A stretch of 64,000 nucleotides of DNA from a virus (lineage: Duplodnaviria > Caudoviricetes). Position numbers and translations under genes: made by a program. Each line of letters opens with the position of its first letter. Position 1 is the stretch's first letter. This document shows positions 57,813-64,000 of this stretch, piece after piece. The notes under the pieces were generated by a model that did no database searches, was not told the origin of the DNA, and was given only the letters and a program-made list of their open reading frames with translations. The DNA lies in IMG/VR virus record IMGVR_UViG_2667527408_000002, positions 6,485 to 70,484 of that record. One strand, 5' to 3'.

Positions 57813-59738
57813 ATGAATTACCAATGCGTAACTACGCATGAAGAAATACACCGATACCTCGAAGGCGCTGATATCATCGCCTTCGACTTTGAAACTGCGC
57901 CTATGAACAATTTCCGTAACGAGGATAAGGCCGCGCTTGATGCTCACAAAGCTGAGATCGTCGGCGTCAGCTTCTCCGTTTCGGAGGGTACCGCCATCTA
58001 TGTACCGTTTACCCACCGCGTCGGGCGTAATTCATCTGACCCGCAAGGGATCATCAATTATCTGACCAAGGCGGTGTGGTTGAATCCCAATGTCACAAAG
58101 GTGGCGCACAACATCAGCTTCGAATCCATGTTTTTGTACGCCCGAGGTATCGTGATCCAGCCCCCCGTTTATGACACGATTGCAGCCAGCCAGATGACGC
58201 TCAAAAGCAGTACAGAGTTTCGGCAGCTGTCGGACAGCGGCCTTAAGATGCTTGCCTCACAGCTATTCGATGCCGCGATGCCAAGCTTTGAAGCCGTGAC
58301 TGACGGACACTTTTTTGATGAGCTCGATCCGCAGGACGCAGAAACCATCCGCTATGCTTGTGCCGACTCAGATTACACCCTTCGCCTATATCACCTCTTC
58401 AATAACTGGTTTGACCATTATCTTCCGAACCACCGTTTTATCGTGGAACAGATTGAGTCTCCTACGGCAGTATTTTGCGGTTTGATGAAATACAACGGCC
58501 TGCCGATGGATAAGGACACAATGCTGTGCAAACAACGGGAAGCAGATTTAAAGCTTGCCGAGCTTCAGGATAAGATAGCTTCCATCATTGGAGATGTCAA
58601 CATAGGAGCCAATGCAAGCACCTCAGAGTTTAAGAGCTTTCTGTTTAAAGGCTTAGGGCTTCCTGTGCTCAAAAGCACTGCAAAGTACCAGGAGGCCGCA
58701 GATGATGAAACCATGATTCTGCTTGCAGACTGGTGCCGTGAGAACCGCCCCGAGCTGGTGACGCTGTTTGAGCTGATACAGGAATACCGCAAGTGGGGCA
58801 AAATTAAATCTACCTACATAGACGGATATTTACGCCATATCAGCGGAGCAACCGGCCGCATCCACCCGGACCTTCTGCCGCTTGGTACTGAAACAGGCCG
58901 CTTTGCGTCCCGCAATCCCAACCTGCAGAACTGTCCCCGCAAGGGCAATGACCCTGTCGGTGTACGTAAGTTTATTGTAGCCCCCAAGGGCAAGGTACTG
59001 CTGTCACTCGACTTCTCGCAAATTGAGCTGCGCGTCGGTGCGTTCTACTGCCGAGATGACAGGATGCTGGAAACCTACCGCAGCGGTGGTGACATCCATG
59101 CGCAGACCACCTCGGTTATCTACCATATCCCCTTTGAACAGGCTGCCAATAAGAACGCTGGGCAATACAAGGAGCGCCGTACCATCGCCAAGAACTGCAA
59201 CTTCGGAGTGTTCTTCGGGCTGTTTGCCAAAGGCCTGCAGCGAACGCTCCGATTCAAGGCAGGACTGGACACCCCGCTTTCGGAGTGTGAAACCATCATT
59301 GACAATCTTAAGGCTGGTTACCCCATGCTGTCACGATGGCAGGAGAATGTTAAGCGTCAGGCCCAAAAACGCGGATATACACAAACCTGGCTTGGCAGGC
59401 GCCGATATCTGCCCGATATCAGTTCTTCGGATTGGGGCAGAAAATCCTACGCCGAGCGATGTGCACTTAATACGCCCATTCAGGGTACGGCAGCGGATGT
59501 TTTAAAACTTGCCCTTGGGCGAATTATTGCTGGCTTGCCCGAGCGCCTGTGGCTTAGGCCTCTGTTACAAATCCACGATGAATTGGTATTTGAGATTCCT
59601 GAAAACAAAGTGGCTGAAGCCATAGCTTTTGTAAAGCAGTGCATGGAGGCACCGCCCTTCCCTGGATTCGACGTTCCCATCGTGGCTGAAGCCGCTGTGG
59701 GTGACTCATTCGGGACTTTAAAAGAACTGGAGGATTAA
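57813..59738 (+). CDS. Family A DNA polymerase (second lineage)
   Basis: FDFET, TETGRF.S..PNLQN, DFSQIELR, R..AK.CNFG, QGTAAD, QIHDE. Confidence 0.93.
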   Translation: MNYQCVTTHEEIHRYLEGADIIAFDFETAPMNNFRNEDKAALDAHKAEIVGVSFSVSEGTAIYVPFTHRVGRNSSDPQGIINYLTKAVWLNPNVTKVAHNISFESMFLYARGIVIQPPVYDTIAASQMTLKSSTEFRQLSDSGLKMLASQLFDAAMPSFEAVTDGHFFDELDPQDAETIRYACADSDYTLRLYHLFNNWFDHYLPNHRFIVEQIESPTAVFCGLMKYNGLPMDKDTMLCKQREADLKLAELQDKIASIIGDVNIGANASTSEFKSFLFKGLGLPVLKSTAKYQEAADDETMILLADWCRENRPELVTLFELIQEYRKWGKIKSTYIDGYLRHISGATGRIHPDLLPLGTETGRFASRNPNLQNCPRKGNDPVGVRKFIVAPKGKVLLSLDFSQIELRVGAFYCRDDRMLETYRSGGDIHAQTTSVIYHIPFEQAANKNAGQYKERRTIAKNCNFGVFFGLFAKGLQRTLRFKAGLDTPLSECETIIDNLKAGYPMLSRWQENVKRQAQKRGYTQTWLGRRRYLPDISSSDWGRKSYAERCALNTPIQGTAADVLKLALGRIIAGLPERLWLRPLLQIHDELVFEIPENKVAEAIAFVKQCMEAPPFPGFDVPIVAEAAVGDSFGTLKELED

Positions 59739-59745
59739 AAGCCCT

Positions 59746-60183
59746 ATGGGTATAAACAAGTACAACAGCGAGGGGTACTATGACCCCACCGCTTACGAAG
59801 CAATGCTAAACATAGAAAAAGAAGTCAAGGCCTCGGTGTTCCGGCCTATGGTGTTTATCTGTTCACCCTATGCAGGATCAAAGGATGGCACACTGAATAC
59901 AGAGCAAAACGTCAGCCGGGCACAGCGTTATTCGCGTTTTGCTGTAAGCCGGGGATGTATTCCTTTCGCACCTCACCTGCTCTTTCCGCAGTTTATGGAT
60001 GACGATGACCCGAAGGAGCGCGCAAACGCGATCTTCTTCGGTATGGTTTTCATGAGCAAATGCCAGGAGCTATGGGTGTTCGGCAGAAACATCACCCGTG
60101 GCATGGCGGTGGAAATTGAGAAGGCAAAGCATCGCGGATTACCCATTCGTTACTTTACAGACAGCTGCGAGGAGGTGAAGTAG
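59746..60183 (+). CDS. DUF4406-like protein
   Basis: Homolog of 2720-3145 (KYNSEGYYDPTAYEAM). Confidence 0.75.
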   Translation: MGINKYNSEGYYDPTAYEAMLNIEKEVKASVFRPMVFICSPYAGSKDGTLNTEQNVSRAQRYSRFAVSRGCIPFAPHLLFPQFMDDDDPKERANAIFFGMVFMSKCQELWVFGRNITRGMAVEIEKAKHRGLPIRYFTDSCEEVK

Positions 60184-60185
60184 CG

Positions 60186-62732
60186 GTGCACCAGTTTTCT
60201 CATGAGCTTGCGTCTTTGAAACAATGGGTGTGCTGGCGTCTGGAGCCCGCTCCCGAGAAGGACAAAGACAGCAAGATTCCCTACAACCCTTGTAACGGAA
60301 GAAAAGCATCCTCCACCAATCCTCAGACATGGACTACCGTCGAGGCAGCACTTGCGGCCAAGGAGAAATATCTCTTTACCGGCGTCGGCTTTGTTTTTAC
60401 TAAGGACGACGGTTTAGTAGGTGTTGACATTGACCACTGCCGCAATGCAAAAACCGGCGAGCTCTCAGAAAAGGCTGTAAGTATCGTTCAAAGGGCAAAT
60501 ACCTATACCGAAATCAGTCCATCCGGCGAAGGTCTGCACCTCTTTATCAAAGGCCGAATACCGGAAGGCGGTAACAAAAACACCAAATCCGGCGTGGAGA
60601 TGTACTCCTTTGGCCGCTACTTCACGATGACAGGAATGCGTCTGGATGGCACACCCGATACGGTAGCTGAAGATAACGGTACACTTGCCTGGATTCATGA
60701 AACATATATTAAGCCGCCAAAGAAAGCTGCAGCCAAGCGCAAGAAAGGCAATAAGCCCGCAAAGCCGCTTACCGACGAGGAGATTATTGAAAAGGCCTCC
60801 GCCACTGAAAACGGCGAAGCGTTTATGGCCTTGTGGGAGGGCAAATGGCAGGAGAGCTATTCAAGCCAGTCAGAAGCGGATATGGCGTTGTGCTGCAAGC
60901 TGGCTTTCTGGACAGGTAAGAACCGCGAGCAGATGGACCGACTGTTTCGTCAAAGCAAGCTGTACCGTGAGAAATGGGATGTCAAGCATCATGCTGACGG
61001 CGCTACCTACGGAGAAGAGACCTTAAGCAAGGCCATCGAGACAGTGAGCGATTCTTACCGCTCTGGAGGTGATACCTCCGTATTTGAGTATGAAGGCCGT
61101 TATTTTCGTTCCAAAGGTGAGGCGGTCTATGCACTGACTAATTTCATTGTAAAGCCTGTGGAGATGATTGTGTCCGAAGACGAAACGCAGCTTACCGCCG
61201 ATCTGGTAACCTTCAAAGGCGAGATTTTCCGGCAGACCTTTATGACCACCGATTTCTCCAACCTGCAGAAATTCAAGAACATTCTGAATAAGCGCACCAT
61301 CGCACTCAGCTATACGGGCTCCGAGGGGGATTTGGAGCTGCTGAAAAATTATATCTCCGATTTAGACTGGGTACGTAAAACCGGCGTCAAGGCCCTCGGT
61401 CTGTACCATATTGCAGGGCGCTGGGTGTATGTCGATTCGGACGGCGCCATGGAGGCCGGAGGCAATGTGGTGCAGGATGTGGTGCAGCTTGAGAAATACC
61501 GCAATATTTTAAGTAGCCTTCTTTCTACTGATTCCCTATCCCCCGAAACTTTATGTGACCTCGGGCCGCTGCTGCTTGGATACAATGAAGCCCCTAAAAC
61601 GGTGGCGGTGCTTGCCTGGTGTGCCGGATGCTTTCTGAAAAGCCATCTGAAAAAGGCGCAGATTAAATACCCGCACCTGTTCCTGATCGGTGAGGCAGGC
61701 AGCGGCAAGAGCAACACCCTGGAACGAGTCATCCTGCCTGTTTTCGGACCCGTAAAAGTTGCGGCTGCTACGCAGGTAACCGCTTTTACGCTGATGAAGG
61801 ATTCGGCCTCCAGCAACCTGGTGCCGCAGCCTTTGGATGAGTTCAAGCCTTCAAAAATCGATAAGTATAAGCTCGATGTCCTTTATAACCATATGCGCGA
61901 TGCCTATGACGGGCATGAAGGTACCCGTGGCCGAGCGGACCAGAGCACGGTGTACTACGAGCTTACCGCACCGCTCATTGTCGCCGGTGAGGAGTCACCC
62001 GATGAATCGGCTATCCGTGAACGCAGTATTGAGCTGCTGTTTTCAAAGAAAGACCTTAAGTCTGGAGAATGCCGCAGGGTATTTATGCGTCTGTGCAAAA
62101 TGAGCGATGCGCTCGGCAACCTTGGCCGCAGTCTGCTGGAGGCCGCACTTTGCACCGACGCAGCGGAGGCAGAAGCATGGTATACGGAGGCCCTTACGCA
62201 CTTTGACGAAAGCCTGCCTTCCCGTATCCTCAACAATCTGGCCTGCTGCGGTGCGGGACTTCGGCTTCTGGAACGCCTATGCAAAATGAAATCGCTGTCA
62301 TGGACGCAGGTTTTCAACATTACATTGGACGCCTGTTACCACTATCTTACCTATGCGGCAAAGGAATATCTGCTTGACGGCAGCTTGGTGAACAAGGGTA
62401 TCATCGAGCAAAGCCTTGAAATCATGGCACGCATGGGTCTGGACCCCCGAACGCAGTGGTCATTTCTCGAAGGAAGGGAACAAGTGGCAATCCGTTTCAA
62501 CAAGGTCTACGATCACTACACCAAGTATCGTCGTGACTATGCCATTACGGGCGAATGTCTGCCCTATGCCCAGTTTCTCAAGCAGCTGCGCAATTCGGAT
62601 CTGTTTATCACCTACAAGCAGGTGCGCTTCCCAGATTGTAACGCCAAGGCCTATGTTCTTGATTTCGGCCTGCTGCAACAACGCACAGACATCACAAATT
62701 TTAACGGTTCAGATATTGAACCACTTGCATAA
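60186..62732 (+). CDS. Primase-polymerase (NrS-1-like) fused to helicase
   Basis: VDIDHC, EISPSGEGLH, SQSEAD.ALC..LAFW, GEAGSGKS, LDEF. Confidence 0.85.
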   Translation: MHQFSHELASLKQWVCWRLEPAPEKDKDSKIPYNPCNGRKASSTNPQTWTTVEAALAAKEKYLFTGVGFVFTKDDGLVGVDIDHCRNAKTGELSEKAVSIVQRANTYTEISPSGEGLHLFIKGRIPEGGNKNTKSGVEMYSFGRYFTMTGMRLDGTPDTVAEDNGTLAWIHETYIKPPKKAAAKRKKGNKPAKPLTDEEIIEKASATENGEAFMALWEGKWQESYSSQSEADMALCCKLAFWTGKNREQMDRLFRQSKLYREKWDVKHHADGATYGEETLSKAIETVSDSYRSGGDTSVFEYEGRYFRSKGEAVYALTNFIVKPVEMIVSEDETQLTADLVTFKGEIFRQTFMTTDFSNLQKFKNILNKRTIALSYTGSEGDLELLKNYISDLDWVRKTGVKALGLYHIAGRWVYVDSDGAMEAGGNVVQDVVQLEKYRNILSSLLSTDSLSPETLCDLGPLLLGYNEAPKTVAVLAWCAGCFLKSHLKKAQIKYPHLFLIGEAGSGKSNTLERVILPVFGPVKVAAATQVTAFTLMKDSASSNLVPQPLDEFKPSKIDKYKLDVLYNHMRDAYDGHEGTRGRADQSTVYYELTAPLIVAGEESPDESAIRERSIELLFSKKDLKSGECRRVFMRLCKMSDALGNLGRSLLEAALCTDAAEAEAWYTEALTHFDESLPSRILNNLACCGAGLRLLERLCKMKSLSWTQVFNITLDACYHYLTYAAKEYLLDGSLVNKGIIEQSLEIMARMGLDPRTQWSFLEGREQVAIRFNKVYDHYTKYRRDYAITGECLPYAQFLKQLRNSDLFITYKQVRFPDCNAKAYVLDFGLLQQRTDITNFNGSDIEPLA

Positions 62733-62736
62733 TTTT

Positions 62737-62873
62737 TGTTTCCTTGTTTCCTATTATCGTTCATTTCTATATCTACACGGATAAGTTGTTCTTTCTCGTG
62801 TGTGCACGTACGCATGTGCGCGTAAAAAGATAGACACCTCTTGAAAAAGCGGAAACGAGGAAACAAGGAAACA
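62737..62873. other. Putative replication origin of element 2
   Basis: 16-bp inverted arms TGTTTCCTTGTTTCCT/AGGAAACAAGGAAACA after primase gene. Confidence 0.6.
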
Positions 62874-62887
62874 CAAAGGAGGTCGTC

Positions 62888-63199
62888 ATGGCTGAGAAAG
62901 ATATTGTCACCGCTATCCTTCGATATCTCGGGACAATACCGGGCTGCTTCTGCTTTAAGGAGCATGGCGGTATGTACGGTACAGCCGGTATTCCGGACAT
63001 TATCGCCTGCATAGGCGGAAGGTTTGTCGCCTTTGAGGTGAAAACGCCGTCCGGAAAGCTGACAAAGCTTCAAGAAAAAACACTTCAAAAAATCATCGAA
63101 GCCGGAGGCAACGCCTGCAAAGTAACGTGTCTTGCGGAGGCAAAGACCATTGTGAATGGGATTATTCGACTTGAAAACGAGGAGGATTTGGCCCTATGA
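62888..63199 (+). CDS. VRR-NUC domain nuclease
   Basis: GIPDII...FEVK...GKLTKLQ. Confidence 0.88.
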   Translation: MAEKDIVTAILRYLGTIPGCFCFKEHGGMYGTAGIPDIIACIGGRFVAFEVKTPSGKLTKLQEKTLQKIIEAGGNACKVTCLAEAKTIVNGIIRLENEEDLAL

Positions 63200-63612
63200 G
63201 TATTAAGGAATATCTCGGACAAGCCTACCGGCTTGACCAGCGCATCAACAGCAAGCTGGAGCAGATCGTTTCTCTGCGTGAGCTTTCTACAAAAGCGACG
63301 TCCACCCTGACAGACATGCCGTCAAGCGGAACCCGCAATGTACATTCGATGGAGGGCATCATAGTCAAAATGATTGATCTTGAGAATGAGATCAATGCTG
63401 ATATTGACGCGCTTGTGGATTTGAAACGTGAGTTAGTTCTGGCCATTAAGGCTGTTGAAAACCCGGAGTACCAAACCCTTTTAGAACTGCGTTACCTTTG
63501 CTTTAAGAGCTGGGAGCAGATTGCCGTAGCCATGAACTACAGTGTGCGTAATATATACAAGATGCACGAACAGGCACTGGCGAATACGACCGTGCCTACA
63601 GGTGTGCAGTAA
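63196..63612 (+). CDS. RinA/ArpU-like late activator
   Basis: Clear homolog of 7461-7880. Confidence 0.8.
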   Translation: MSIKEYLGQAYRLDQRINSKLEQIVSLRELSTKATSTLTDMPSSGTRNVHSMEGIIVKMIDLENEINADIDALVDLKRELVLAIKAVENPEYQTLLELRYLCFKSWEQIAVAMNYSVRNIYKMHEQALANTTVPTGVQ

Positions 63613-63664
63613 AGTTCATTGTTTTTCATGTCCTTCGTCTGGTAGTATTATAATTACCAAAAGA

Positions 63665-64000
63665 ATCAAAACCACCAGTTAAACTGGTGGTATGCACCAG
63701 CCCTAAAAGGGCATATTACTGGCACAGCGTCTCAAGACGCACTGAATGGTTCCGCCAACCGCATTACTATTACGGGCAGCCGCTAAAGCGGCTGTTCGTT
63801 TTTCATGCCTTTGTTTCCTTGCTACCCGTGAACGGGTCTATGTATTCTTTGAATGATATTTGATCTGAAGCTATGTCTTCTTGTAATTGGTTTTTGATAT
63901 ATTCTTCAATTACTTTTGCATTTCTTCCTACTGTATCAACATAATATCCTCTGCACCAGAAATGCCTGTTCCCATACTTATACTTCAAATTTGCATGCCT
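63665..64000 (-). mobile_element. IS200/IS605-family element (partial)
   Basis: Y1 transposase 3' part and subterminal hairpin ACCACCAGTT-A-AACTGGTGGT at about 63671-63691. Confidence 0.85.
63803..64000 (-). CDS. tnpA: IS200 transposase TnpA, 5' part outside window
   Basis: RHFWCRGYYVDTVG.N...I..YI.NQ. Confidence 0.9.
   Translation of the reverse strand, partial: RHANLKYKYGNRHFWCRGYYVDTVGRNAKVIEEYIKNQLQEDIASDQISFKEYIDPFTGSKETKA

Larger units (their letters stand above)
36894..64000. mobile_element. Element 2: prophage-like island carrying BREX-4; continues beyond window
   Basis: Defence operon, HTH/ImmA pair, sigma-like gene and phage replication module with homologs of element 1 genes. 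Confidence 0.8.

Overview
Clostridia-like DNA made of two prophage-like elements in tandem. They meet at about 36.9 kb at a displaced 3' end of rlmD/rumA (minus strand, HVETVVLITRVDK*). Element 1 (1 to about 36,893) is a nearly complete siphophage: SSB, PolA, P4/D5 primase, VRR-NUC, SNF2, late activator, HNH/cos/terminase, ParB-methylase, HK97-type head, tail, lysis genes, a module of two large serine recombinases plus a small recombinase-domain gene, and two cargo genes. Element 2 (about 36,894 to beyond 64,000) starts with att-like repeats and a tmRNA-like 3' fragment. It then carries an AT-richer extended type 4 BREX-like operon (YdbC, 1068-aa unknown, PAPS reductase BrxP, BrxC, PglZ, BrxL, Zn-finger protein, cysteine desulfurase), an HTH/ImmA pair, a Zn-finger gene, a structured RNA leader and a sigma-like gene. 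A second, non-orthologous replication module and an IS200 follow. Best leads: the sulfur-equipped BREX-4 operon with extra genes, the repeat arrays at the junction, an in-frame TGA inside the SNF2 Walker A, the bistable leader, and repeated bipartite promoter motifs. All family assignments come from motif recognition by eye; no searches were run.
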